Positions 24,683 to 36,494 of a DNA stretch of 36,494 nt are shown here, one piece after another. A program made the translations under genes and the position numbers. Location: contig NC_068982.1 in assembly GCF_001194135.2 (NCBI RefSeq), positions 142,550,664-142,587,157 of the forward strand, read 5' to 3'. The notes beneath the pieces are model-generated. The model saw only the letters and a list, made by a program, of their open reading frames with translations, did not search any database and was not told the origin of the DNA. Position 1 is the first letter of the stretch. Each line of letters opens with the position of its first letter. Source of the stretch: Octopus bimaculoides. Its lineage: Eukaryota.

Positions 24683-25339
24683 CGGAGAGCAAGAAGTGTT
24701 ATTGCTACATAAACTAAGCTTTAACTAGTTACATGCAGTCTCATCGTGGTCCGTTTTTAACGGGTTGCGTATATGTTGATGACTAATTTTAGAGTCGTTT
24801 TTGTGTCAAGTTGACATATTTTCATGTTGATTTCATGCTGTTTTGTAATAGAATACCACAAACTGCAATTATCACAAAAATGTATAAATAAAAATGCATT
24901 TGCAGCTTAGCCTCAATAGTTGGCTAGAATCACGATATATTATTTCAGTAACCTTGCCTCCTAAAGGCTTCTATTATCTTTTATAACTGTCTATACACGA
25001 TATCTCACAATTCTTTATCATCTGCAATCTCAGACTTGATATTCCGTATGAAATAATTAATTTAAGTACGTTCGTGTGTTCAGTAGAATTTGTGACATTT
25101 TAAGCATCTATGTTGGGTTTAGGTTTCCGTTTACTGTTAAAGAACAAAACGAAAAGCATCATTTTCTACGCTGTCAATGTGATGTAGAATTGTATTTTCA
25201 TTTAGTTTTTCATCTTACCTTGCTTTCCTTCTTTTCGTGTTAATGCATTTCGCAAGCGAACGTATCAAGAGTATTCATGCGAAAAGAAATAATGATTTTA
25301 AATACATTTCGAGGAATGTCAGTGTAGATTTTTTTTAGC

Positions 25340-25389
25340 TATAGTTATTATTATTATCATCATCATTATTATTATTATTATTATTATTA

Positions 25390-25453
<64 letters not shown>

Positions 25454-25500
25454 GATTATTATTATTATTATTACTATTATTATTGCTATTATTATCATTA
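25340..25500. repeat. (ATT)n microsatellite
   Basis: Direct inspection. Confidence 0.95.
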
Positions 25501-25697
25501 AACGACACACTACTGTGTCACTATTAACATTTCTAATTGCGATTTCGTTTGACAAGAAATTGAAAAGAATTACTGCAATTACCCGGGTATGACGTCTACT
25601 TATGTCATGAAACAACGCGCGCGCACACGTTCACTTATGCATACACACAGAGAAATGTATGTGTACACATACATATATATACATATATGTGTGTTTT

Positions 25698-25743
<46 letters not shown>

Positions 25744-26124
25744 CATGTATGTAGATATATATATGCATATGCATTTATATATNNNNNNNNNNNNNNNNNN
25801 NNNNNNNNNNNNNNNNNNNNNNNNNNNNNNNNNNNNNNNNNNNNNNNNNNNNNNNNNNNNNNNNNNNNNNNNNNNNNNNNNNNNNNNNNNNNNNNNNNNN
25901 NNNNNNNNNNNNNNNNNNNNNNNNNNNNNNNNNNNNNNNNNNNNNNNNNNNNNNNNNNNNNNNNNNNNNNNNNNNNNNNNNNNNNNNNNNNNNNNNNNNN
26001 NNNNNNNNNNNNNNNNNNNNNNNNNNNNNNNNNNNNNNNNNNNNNNNNNNNNNNNNNNNNNNNNNNNNNNNNNNNNNNNNNNNNNNNNNNNNNNNNNNNN
26101 NNNNNNNNNNNNNNNNNNNNNNNN

Positions 26125-26165
<41 letters not shown>

Positions 26166-26296
26166 TAAAACTTTCATAAACGGCTTAATAAACTTTGTAC
26201 GGTTTCATTTTAACTTTCTTGAGATTTCTACGCATAATATTTATCTATATGAACTGCAAAATGATCACTCTGTACAAGATATCGTTATTTACCTCA

Positions 26297-26934
26297 ATAG
26301 TTCGCCCACATATTTTGACTTTTGGTTCCGTCCATAATGAGGACGAAGGTATAACCAATGTTATAATATTTGGAGAAAACGCAAGTTTGTTGATAGAGTT
26401 TAATGTTCAAATGGTTTAGAGCAGTTAATACGTTTTAGTGATAACACCCACGTGCCAAAACTACTTACGGTTCAATTAGTGCCATTTTATTGTGTAGAAG
26501 AGGAATAAAACATATACATGTCCACATATAAACGCATACATATGTATACATATATAGTGTGTTTCAAAAATTTGACAACATCTGAGATGTAAATATTACA
26601 GAAACTATGTAGTCAAAGTAAATGAAACTAAACAGGCCGAATATTGAGCAACATAAGAATTTATTCTTCGAAATTGGAATAAGAAATTCAAAGGTATGTG
26701 GATTCCATGAAATATTTCACATCTCGGGTTACATTTCCCTCACAGAAAAACGGGCCATGAAGATGCTTCTTGGAGATGGCACAGAAGACATTCACATACC
26801 CTCTCATGCACAACTGTAGCATAGGGAGTTTCTTCAACCCAAATGCGAACACTATGCTTATTTACTTTGCCATTCGTATGAAATGTGTCCTCATTATGGA
26901 CGGAACCAAAAGTCAAAATATGTGGGCGAACTAT
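26297..26934. repeat. Perfect 48-bp inverted repeat pair (26297-26344 and 26887-26934)
   Basis: atagttcgcccacatattttgacttttggttccgtccataatgaggac and its exact reverse complement, 542 bp apart. Confidence 0.95.
26555..26886 (-). mobile_element. Tc1/mariner-superfamily transposase fragment with TIR
   Basis: TFHTNGKVNKHSVRIWVEETPYATVVHER / NVFCAISKKHLHGPFFCEGNVT (compare DEATFH.NG.VNRHN.RIWG..NPH..E). TIR-like ta|tagtgtgtttcaaaaa at 26553-26570. Confidence 0.85.
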
Positions 26935-27620
26935 CTTTTGGAGTGTGCAGAATTTAACTTCAACCAAGATGAAATATTTAAGATAAAATCAAATTTCACC
27001 CGTGCCTCTGAAAACTTTATCTATGCTATTACCTGCTTAGTGTGCGGAAATCACTATATAGGCCAAACAAGAATGTCACTCCGACGAAGAACAACTCTTC
27101 ACAAAGAACAAATCCGCTACCCACAATATAGAGAAATACAGGTTAGTGAGCACATAGAAAGGTGTGCTAAGAACCATAAACCGATCTTCCTAATTTTCCT
27201 TTTTTATCAATGTTCACATAACACCTCAGTACAGCAAAGATTAAATAAAGAGACAACTTTCATTAATAAATATCACCCACAACTCAACATGAATACACAA
27301 CTTAATACCGGACACCACTAACCTTACCAATACTAATAATTCCCACTAATCTCCATACATCGCATACACTATTGATATTCCAGTATTTATATCTGCCGTA
27401 ATTGCATCACTTCCAGAACTGAACTGCTTAATTCCCTCCTATGTAATCTTTTCACTAAGGTACTATTAGACCCAATACCGTTTGGAAATCGGTGTTCCTT
27501 CAAAGACAGTGATTAGCTCTGACGATATGACATTGAATCTCTGTAATGATTCATAATAAAGATTTATATACCTCAAAATTCCACCTCAACTAATCTAATT
27601 GTATGTATATATTTTTGGTT
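26887..27620 (+). mobile_element. Penelope-like retroelement, 5'-truncated 3' end
   Basis: Linker-like EPKVKICGR, a GIY-YIG domain, and a 3' UTR with a hammerhead half-motif agct-CTGACGA-tatgac (27515-27531) and AATAAA. Confidence 0.85.
26932..27321 (+). CDS. GIY-YIG endonuclease domain of a Penelope-like element (open frame, 5' truncated)
   Basis: YLLECAEFNF..FKIKSNFTRASENFIYAITCLVCGNHYIGQTRMSLRRRTTLHKEQI..VSEHIERC..RLNKETTFINKYHPQLN. It has IY..C..C...YIG, conserved R, H, E and a terminal LN. Confidence 0.85.
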   Translation, partial: YLLECAEFNFNQDEIFKIKSNFTRASENFIYAITCLVCGNHYIGQTRMSLRRRTTLHKEQIRYPQYREIQVSEHIERCAKNHKPIFLIFLFYQCSHNTSVQQRLNKETTFINKYHPQLNMNTQLNTGHH

Positions 27621-27779
27621 TTCTTAAAAAAGCCTTTATTTTTCATTTCTAATGTGCATTTTCTCTGTTTTCGTTTTAATTTTCCCTTATATATATGTAG
27701 GGCCTTAAAGATTTATTCTCGCATAACTGAAAGTGTATGGTACAGTTTTAACAGAATCTCAGTTTTAGCTTAGTGTAAA

Positions 27780-27817
<38 letters not shown>

Positions 27818-28354
27818 GGGTTACAACTTCAGTTGTATTTCTCAGTAGACAGAAGAATATTGGGTTGTTTCTTATTTTGTTTTAGTCTTCCATAAATATG
27901 GCAAAAACCTTATTGTGGATCCTCGAAGAGATCAGTGGCTATATTAACAACCTGAATATATTCGATGCAATTGAATCAACAGGTCATGCAAATAAAACGG
28001 ATTTGTTTAACCGAGATCACGGTTATAAACGCTATTAACATATCTAATCATCTAATATTTCGCTTACCATAAAATGCATGTCTTTTCTCTGATGAATATT
28101 AAAATGATTAGGGTTTTGTGAGAGTGGCCACGTTTTCATTAGTATACAGAGATACCCTTCAGTTATAACATACTTGACAAACAAGCAACATTTAAATATG
28201 TATGTATATGTATCTGTCGATATGTACTCATATACATAAGATTTATATAAACGCATTAAAACCATATATATACGTGTGTGTGTATGTGTGTGTATGTGTG
28301 TGTGTGTGCGTGTGTGTGTATGTGTATGTGTATGTGTATATGTGTGTGTGTGTG

Positions 28355-28396
<42 letters not shown>

Positions 28397-29967
28397 TTTG
28401 ATTGGGAAGAAATATGTCGGCTACATGAACGAACATAATTTTAATTGCCTCTTTCTCCTGCTGAACATATAGCTATCGTTACTTTCTTCTTTTATTCCTA
28501 TTTCTCTGAGCGAAAAATCTCTGCAAAAATGTTTTATAAGATTAACTTTGCATAATTGTACTATTTAACAAAATTACAATTTCTTTGATTGGGACTTAAA
28601 TGTAGTTAGCATTGTCAAATACTTTTATGTTCTTTGATAAATGTAAGTTGAAAATCTTGCTTCTTGTCGAGTGACTTTCTGTAGATTTAGCATGCATTTA
28701 TTGTTCGGTGCACTAATCTTCTAATTGCAATTCAAATATTCTTTTAAACACATGATAATAAGATGTTAATCAGTACGAAATTCTCTTAGCGCAATTTCTA
28801 AAACGGACTTATTTTTCAATTCTAACAGCTAACACGTAATGAAGAAGACCTAATTAATTCGATTTTATTTTAATATAATACTACGATCCAGCCTCGTTTG
28901 TATTGCACGGCAAATTAATATAATATACCATTTCATGTATTTCAGACTTTGTGAAACGAGACGCATAAATTAATGTTGGTCAATAGCGCTTCTAAAGCGT
29001 TATCAGACCTGCTAGAAATAATAAAGAATTCTTATTTAGATTATATCTAACGAATTCTCGAGGGAAGGTTTTACACTGTGTGATATAGTCATAGATGCAG
29101 TATGAATAATTCATGAGAACGTGGTCAACACGGAATATCTAACTAAACTGGAACGACAGTCAATCTACAAACAATCTACTAGATGGACACGATTTCTACC
29201 AGAAAGATCAGGCAAATCTCCCTAAAAAATGCATTACAATTTTAAATAATATAATACATATTAGACAATGTAGACCTAGATACTCTGGGTCTATACAGTT
29301 GTAGTTGTCCATGACCGAAACAAAAACAATATATGTTAATTTGAAAATATATAAATATCAGTCAATAATATTGGCTTCAATTTTAGGAACCGAAACGTTT
29401 ATGTATTTTGGCACTACACACTTAGCTCATTATCAAATGTTTCATCCTTTAAATCTTTGATCTGTGAGTGATTTAACTATTAATACAAGCAGTTTAATCG
29501 ACGATATATACAGTATTCTCGTTAGTTCATTTTTACATATTCAGCGGATTTCAAACGCTGCTATTTGGTTTTGAATAACGAGATTAAATCTTTAGAAAAT
29601 TTCATTCTAATATTTGAATAATTTGAAATGTATGATCATAATTTGGAAAACACATAAGTATACCTAATAAAACTATAGATTTTTAAATTTTATTTCTGAA
29701 ATTGTAATTATAACACTTTTAAAAATGTTCATACGTATTGTTCGTTATATTGTGATTCACAAGGCATGAACAATTATTGAGAGCCCCGGTTTTATTCTAT
29801 AGATTTCAGTTCGTTTTGAAGAATATTTATGACCTGATATTATCGGCTATCGATTTACAAAATAAGCATTATAGATCAATATTATTTAAGTTTTAGCTGC
29901 GTTGTTGTTGTACCTGAACGCACTGAAAGTCAGAGTGTTTAAAAATTTAAATGTCCCGCTATATATA

Positions 29968-30040
29968 TTCAAAACCGTGCTTCAGTATGGCCACAGTCAA
30001 ATGAACTGCAACATGTAAAACAATAGAATAACAAAAGAAT
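29968..30040 (+). mobile_element. SINE 3' tail fragment
   Basis: accgtgcttcagtatggccacagtcaaatgaactgcaacatgtaaaac matches the 3' end of the 12616 and 34613 family. Confidence 0.55.
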
Positions 30041-30856
30041 GGTCCAGATGTTGTTTTAAAACTTCCAAACGCATTCATGGGCAACCTGTAAACCTACACA
30101 TGGTCCAGATAGCATTGTTAAACGTGGTGATGGTTGTATGTATAAAGACGCATACACTCCACTTGATTGCCATCAAAAAGGTTCCAGCGAGCAAAAATCA
30201 CTTTTTAATTGTCTAGTAGCACGAAAATTTTTGTTAGAAAACAATAACCCCAGTGTTTACTGCAGAGAATTTGAACATATCAATGTGGTTGAATGGTGAA
30301 CATTTTAAGGACACGTGGTCATGTTAACAGTTTGTTTCATTTATTTCCATTCTCATACAGATGTTGTTCGGAAAACCAGTCTTTTTTATGAACCCTAAAT
30401 AGCTCCCATTTACCGTTTGGAATTGTACTCGAGTAACAGACATTGATGTATTTAAAGTCACTTATACAAGGATTCAACAAAATTATCATACATACAGTGA
30501 AAAAGAACTAGAAGTCTTTAGCATAATGTTTCAACAAGCTGCGAGTGTAAAGATTGTTTTTGCTCCGAGAATAGAGATTTCAAATATATATTGAATGAAA
30601 ATGAACAAAAAATGTATATCATTGCTGGCAGTCATAGATATTTGTACTTAAAAACCTGAATATGTATTGCAAGTATAGAGGCAGCATGGCAGTGATGTAT
30701 GCTTGTAGCTGAAACACAGGTTCCCACCGAATCTCATTGTGCACATCGTTCAATAGATTCTGATTAGAAGGCCCCGTACAGTGTGACCTTTCTGGCAAAA
30801 ATTTGTTATCGCTCTCTGTTCTTTATACATACGTGCTTGATTGTGCGTGCATTAAA

Positions 30857-30898
30857 TCTGTGTGTCAGTGTCTGTGTGTCAGTGTCTGTGTGTCAGTG
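30857..30898. repeat. 3 x 14-bp tandem repeat
   Basis: (tctgtgtgtcagtg)3. Confidence 0.9.
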
Positions 30899-31104
30899 TG
30901 TGCGTGTGCTTGAGTATGAGTGTGATCACAGTGAAACGTAATGCATACACGTTTGCACGCGCAAGACGAAAACATACTCACCCAGTTTCCTGCGTATCTA
31001 TCAATATATCTATTTATCTATCCATCCTCTCTCTCTAGTATGTGCTTGTATACATGTACGTATGTATGTATGTATGTATCTATCTATATGTATGTATATA
31101 TATA

Positions 31105-31151
<47 letters not shown>

Positions 31152-31199
31152 ATTTATCTACCAATCTAAATACATAGATTAGATAGACATTTACACGCA

Positions 31200-31345
31200 T
31201 ACATGTATGCATACATTCATACATACATACAACACATACAAACGTACATACACACATATACATACTTACATACATACATACATACATACATTCATACATA
31301 CATACATACATACATACATACGTGCATACAGACATACATTCATAC
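31200..31345. repeat. (TACA)n imperfect microsatellite
   Basis: Direct inspection. Confidence 0.9.
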
Positions 31346-31638
31346 ATACATACATGCATACAACTCACATAGAGACCTACATACGTAAATACACACATTC
31401 ATTAAACCGAAGCACGTTTTTTGGTCGAAATTGTACTGTATATATTTCAACATATCACTGTATAAACGTGTAACTGCTCTGCGAAAAGTTTAGATTCCGA
31501 ATTTTATTGACACATTTATTGCACGTGTCTGTTAAATAACAATCATTCCAGATGATACCCTCACATTCTATCTTCCTCTCGCTCTCTCTCTCTCTCTCTC
31601 TCCCAACACACATATATATGTATGTATATATATATATA

Positions 31639-32593
31639 NNNNNNNNNNNNNNNNNNNNNNNNNNNNNNNNNNNNNNNNNNNNNNNNNNNNNNNNNNNNNN
31701 NNNNNNNNNNNNNNNNNNNNNNNNNNNNNNNNNNNNNNNNNNNNNNNNNNNNNNNNNNNNNNNNNNNNNNNNNNNNNNNNNNNNNNNNNNNNNNNNNNNN
31801 NNNNNNNNNNNNNNNNNNNNNNNNNNNNNNNNNNNNNNNNNNNNNNNNNNNNNNNNNNNNNNNNNNNNNNNNNNNNNNNNNNNNNNNNNNNNNNNNNNNN
31901 NNNNNNNNNNNNNNNNNNNNNNNNNNNNNNNNNNNNNNNNNNNNNNNNNNNNNNNNNNNNNNNNNNNNNNNNNNNNNNNNNNNNNNNNNNNNNNNNNNNN
32001 NNNNNNNNNNNNNNNNNNNNNNNNNNNNNNNNNNNNNNNNNNNNNNNNNNNNNNNNNNNNNNNNNNNNNNNNNNNNNNNNNNNNNNNNNNNNNNNNNNNN
32101 NNNNNNNNNNNNNNNNNNNNNNNNNNNNNNNNNNNNNNNNNNNNNNNNNNNNNNNNNNNNNNNNNNNNNNNNNNNNNNNNNNNNNNNNNNNNNNNNNNNN
32201 NNNNNNNNNNNNNNNNNNNNNNNNNNNNNNNNNNNNNNNNNNNNNNNNNNNNNNNNNNNNNNNNNNNNNNNNNNNNNNNNNNNNNNNNNNNNNNNNNNNN
32301 NNNNNNNNNNNNNNNNNNNNNNNNNNNNNNNNNNNNNNNNNNNNNNNNNNNNNNNNNNNNNNNNNNNNNNNNNNNNNNNNNNNNNNNNNNNNNNNNNNNN
32401 NNNNNNNNNNNNNNNNNNNNNNNNNNNNNNNNNNNNNNNNNNNNNNNNNNNNNNNNNNNNNNNNNNNNNNNNNNNNNNNNNNNNNNNNNNNNNNNNNNNN
32501 NNNNNNNNNNNNNNNNNNNNNNNNNNNNNNNNNNNNNNNNNNNNNNNNNNNNNNNNNNNNNNNNNNNNNNNNNNNNNNNNNNNNNNNNNNNNN
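31639..32593. other. Largest assembly gap (other gaps: 6164-6369, 14438-14670, 16055-16492, 19659-19978, 24551-24645, 25783-26124, 33443-33516)
   Basis: N runs, nearly all bordered by microsatellites. Confidence 0.99.
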
Positions 32594-33160
32594 ATATATA
32601 TATATGTTATCGTATAAATACATGCATCTATTATATATACACACCTATATATATGTGTGTGGTGGGGGTGTAAAGAGAGGGAGATTCAGATATACATGCA
32701 TTTGTGTGCGTATTGTATGTTTAGGAAAGAATTTAATAGCTGTTGTCATAGCTCCATATGATTCATTTTCCTTTATCTACATTCCTGTCATTGACTGATT
32801 CGCGTTATTACCTTTAGTTTATTTTATTGCTTAATTAGGCAAATAACTATAGCCTAAAATACTCATAATTTTTTTTTTTTTTTCATTTGTAAAATCGCAT
32901 TTGTCGGTTGCTTAAACATTGTCACTTTTGAATACCTATATACTGATGGAAAGGAGCAGAACATACTAACACGCATTAGATTTTAACGTAAACATATATT
33001 TCTGAATTACGGAGATGTACTTGCATAGCAAGTGACCTGATACGAGATCATGTGCTGAAACGAAATCAATTGCAATGTGGAAGGTGTTTATAAACCATTT
33101 AAAAACTTACAAAAACTGTTGATTCGCTTCAACATTTAAGTTTAATTTGCCAAAATACTT

Positions 33161-33254
33161 TCGTCGCTTTGAGACCACAACCTGTTCACTGACAAATTTC
33201 CGAGATGCAGCACGGAATTTTATCAGTGAACAGGTCGCGATCTCAAAGCAACGA
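33161..33254. mobile_element. Palindromic foldback MITE with 9-bp TSD (Mutator-like)
   Basis: Arms of about 42 bp (tcgtcgctttgagaccacaacctgttcactgacaaatttccg and cggaattttatcagtgaacaggtcgcgatctcaaagcaacga) with a 10-nt loop. Direct repeat aaaatactt at 33152-33160 and 33255-33263. Confidence 0.8.
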
Positions 33255-33933
33255 AAAATACTTTGACAAATTTAATTGAAACATATATTTCGATTTTATA
33301 GAAATCCATTCTCAATTTCTTGATAATATTCAACTCCTTTTCTTTGAGAGTGGCTGACACTGATTTTACCTTTTTTCCATGAAGAAGGAAATTTTAATTG
33401 AGAATTCTTTTCAGCACCGACAGTGTCACTCGTTAAAGTGTANNNNNNNNNNNNNNNNNNNNNNNNNNNNNNNNNNNNNNNNNNNNNNNNNNNNNNNNNN
33501 NNNNNNNNNNNNNNNNATATATATATATATATATATATATACTGCTTCACCCAAAATATGTTCATCTTGAAAGTTCTCACTTCTAAGTTTTTCATCAGAT
33601 CGATTAATGTCAGTAACTTTCAGGCTTTTCCCTTTTCTACTCATTAAAGATCTATTATAATTTGTCCCTCCCGGGTTGTGTCCTTTTTTCGTTTGTCATA
33701 TTTCTTATACGAGCGCTTGCACGCGCACACACCTATTCCCACCCACATTGACACACATGCACGCATTTAAGTTTATCGAAAAAGGGATCACAGGGTCATG
33801 TAATTTTTATGAGAAAGAATTTAGCGCATTATATATATTCAGTGTTTTCTTCCATTTAAATAAGGGGACAATATATTTAAGGGAGTTTTGCCTGATATGT
33901 TTTGTAAGTGATGCATGGTAATCTAAAAAAGAT

Positions 33934-34132
33934 GGGAAAATGGGAGAATGCTTGCGCGTCGGACAAAATGTTCAGTGGCACTTTTTTCGTTCTCAGTTAA
34001 GATACACTGTGGTTAACATATTGCGGGGTCGATTAAATAATGTACCACTCAAACAGTAGGTCGATGTAATCGTCTAGCCGCTTGGACTTCAAAGTTGCTA
34101 GCTTTGCGTCAAAATTGGAAGAGATATTATTA
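33934..34132 (+). mobile_element. Diverged SINE (same family as 23236)
   Basis: cggacaaaatgttcagtggca..gcggggtcgattaaataatgtacca..ggtcgatgtaatcg..aaagttgctagctttgcgtcaaaattggaa, with an (att) tail. Confidence 0.7.
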
Positions 34133-34612
34133 TATTTGCAGCAAAGAGGAAAAGAGTACAATGGTATAAACCTTATATTTTACCGTTCAATAAAAGATTT
34201 CAAAGACAGGACAAGCAGTTACATCGTTCGGTCTTTAGACATACGCAATCAAATAGATTACTCTTAATAATCGGAAATTTTGCTGAATCCTTTCATTGAA
34301 TATTTACCAGTAAAAAATAATCATTATCTCAAAAGTCTGCTTTGTGCAGTAAAATAGCTTAGGGATAATCGATACTAAAGAAATGAAATATAATGTTTGA
34401 GCACTAATAAGAATAATTAGTGTTTTGGCCATTAATGATTTTAGCGTCGATTATTAAAAAAATAAATCTATATGTTTCGAACTTTGTATTGTTATATAGA
34501 TTTATAAAATAGTCAAGTTCTCCTGTGTCACACAAAGACACAGATATAGATGTTCACTTATGCATGTGTGTACAGATAGTATACATGCGACATACATACA
34601 TACATATATATA

Positions 34613-34830
34613 TCTTTTACTCTTTTACTCTTTTACTCTTTTACTTGTTTCAGCCATTTGATTTCGGCCATGTTAGAGCACCGCCTTTAGTCGAGCAAAT
34701 CGACCCCAGGACTTATTCTTTGTAAGCCTAGTACTTATTCTATCGGTTTCTTTTGCCGAACCGTTAAGTTACGGGGACGTAAACACACCAACATCAGTTG
34801 GGGGACAAACACAGATACACAAACACACAT
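34613..34830 (-). mobile_element. Young SINE, 3' half with (GTAAAAGA)4 tail
   Basis: (tcttttac)4 followed by ttgtttcagccatttgatttcggccatg..gccgaaccgttaagttacggggacgtaaacacacc. It is truncated at the internal (CA)/(TA) tract. Confidence 0.85.
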
Positions 34831-35201
34831 ATATATATATACGTATATATTTATGTGTATGTGTGCGTGCGTGAGTGTGTATTCTTAAATAAGAATATTA
34901 CTGGCAATGACTTCGAAGTTTCGAGCATTTGACTTATTGTCGGCCGATGATTTAACTGGACGAAACTTTGAAATCACTCTCAGCAATGCTCTACAAAATG
35001 ATAGAGTGACCTCTCTCTCGGATTAATGTAAAATTGCATTTATATAACTAATCATAAAAAATAAACATTAGCACACACAGACGCACATACACCAACATAC
35101 ATACGTGTGTTTTTGTGTGTTTGTGGGGGTGGGTGCGCGCACATGTGTCTGTGTGTCTGCGTGCCTGTGTTTAAATGTGACATTAAAGCTATCCTACTTA
35201 C

Positions 35202-35212
35202 CAAATCCCTGT
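35202..35212 (-). other. Candidate 11-nt microexon
   Basis: ttcgtgatttccag|ACAGGGATTTG|gtaagt. Confidence 0.2.
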
Positions 35213-36446
35213 CTGGAAATCACGAATAAATGTACTTTCTAATTTTAGATTCATCACAGTCTTCGTTTATTTACATTAACGAAAATAAAAATCTATTTTC
35301 CAAATTTAGGAAACCTAAACGTAGATCTAAACATATCTAATGCTTTAAGAAATCTAAATATAGTATCAAATAAATATTGGCCGAGAACGAAGATGATATA
35401 ACTTTCAACGCTGTCTGATAATATTGATTTCAATAAAAAATAAAATGTGATATACTACAACTACACAAAATAGAGACGTATTTTCGATCGATGTTTGAAA
35501 TTAATTGAATAAAGCTGATAATGGTCTGTGAACACCATTCCTGTTCGTCACATCTACTTCCTTCTTTACGCGACTTGTCACTCAAATATATTCTGTGCAT
35601 TATAATTTTTTGCGGCGGACAATAGCAAACAGTGATTGATTTACGCAGTAAAACTGCGATGTGTTGTCTGTTGATTTCTTTCGCAATTTTCACCTTCTTA
35701 AGGCTTTTATATGGAAATCAGTGCAGATTATATACCCCATAATTTTCTTTTTTTCTTTTTTTTTTCATAAGAACTGAATATTTCAGCAAAGCGTCAATGA
35801 AGATAGATTATGGTTATATACATATAAGAGTTTGTTTGGAGTCATTGAAATGATGTCTGATATTTTAACATTTTGGAACTGCTAGATATTACGAGATTAA
35901 CATATACCTAAACTGGAATTCTAATATGAACTTTATTGATGAAAGAAACAGGTTTGCATGAAATACTTAGCAGAGAAGGTCATCTCATCTGAATTTACAA
36001 TTAATCAGTTTCGTGTTACGAATTAATTGTTGATATCACAATGTAACGATACGGGATAATTAACTAAAGATTAAAAAAAAAGACATTCAGATGAGTCGAT
36101 ATAACACCAGAATATGCGACCTACAATAGATCTGTGTCACCTGATAAAAAATTACCCCTAAACAACATAAATATCCTATACATGGATTGTTACGGGAAGT
36201 TGATAATCACTGAAATGGGCATGTTTCATAAAAACGACGTTGGTAAATATCACAGGTATATCTCTGTAAGCAGTTTCCTCGACCTTATTAGTATTATGCT
36301 TTGCGCGTACTTAAGCTCTTTGAGTGGAAGTTGGTGTTGGGAAAGATTGTATAAAGACGTCGAATGTACACTTAAATATACATATGCATATGAACACACA
36401 CACATATCTACATACATATATACATATATATATATATGTATATTAT

Positions 36447-36494
<48 letters not shown>

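Noticed and set aside
24720-24770. Helitron-like hairpin (ccgtt/aacgg) and CTAG on the minus strand
   Set aside because: Short hairpin, atypical spacing, and no supporting 5' end.
29115-29300. Possible RTE C-terminal relic (GHDF..D..LPKK..RPR)
   Set aside because: Weak resemblance, needing several frameshifts.
33541-33640. Possible GIY-YIG C-terminal relic (LHPKYVHLESSH..NFQAFPF)
   Set aside because: Suggestive only. It is short and next to a gap.
35430-35693. Cys-containing minus-strand ORF (CYCPPQ..RCDEQEWC)
   Set aside because: Cys spacing does not fit LDLa and there are no good splice sites.
4267-36480. Numerous ORFs with poly-I/L/V/T, HT, CV, ER or X runs
   Set aside because: They are translations of microsatellites and N gaps, and many start at non-ATG codons.

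Overview
AT-rich animal genomic DNA, mostly intronic or intergenic. It is full of microsatellites, N gaps and transposon relics, and the repeat types look like those of an octopus (inferred from remembered repeat families, not from a search). No intact host gene, RNA gene or CRISPR array is supported, and almost all ORF-track entries are microsatellite or gap artefacts. Supported features are a Penelope-like GIY-YIG fragment, CR1-type and RTE-type LINE 3' ends, two Tc1/mariner fragments, a Helitron helicase relic, several tRNA-derived SINEs and several MITE/foldback elements. Three observations stand out. (1) There is a cluster of minimal type I hammerhead ribozyme motifs of several different designs, two of them near-canonical. 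(2) A perfect 48-bp inverted duplication joins a Penelope fragment to a mariner fragment. (3) There are traces of a decayed minus-strand multi-exon gene with LDL-receptor class A (LDLa)-like modules.
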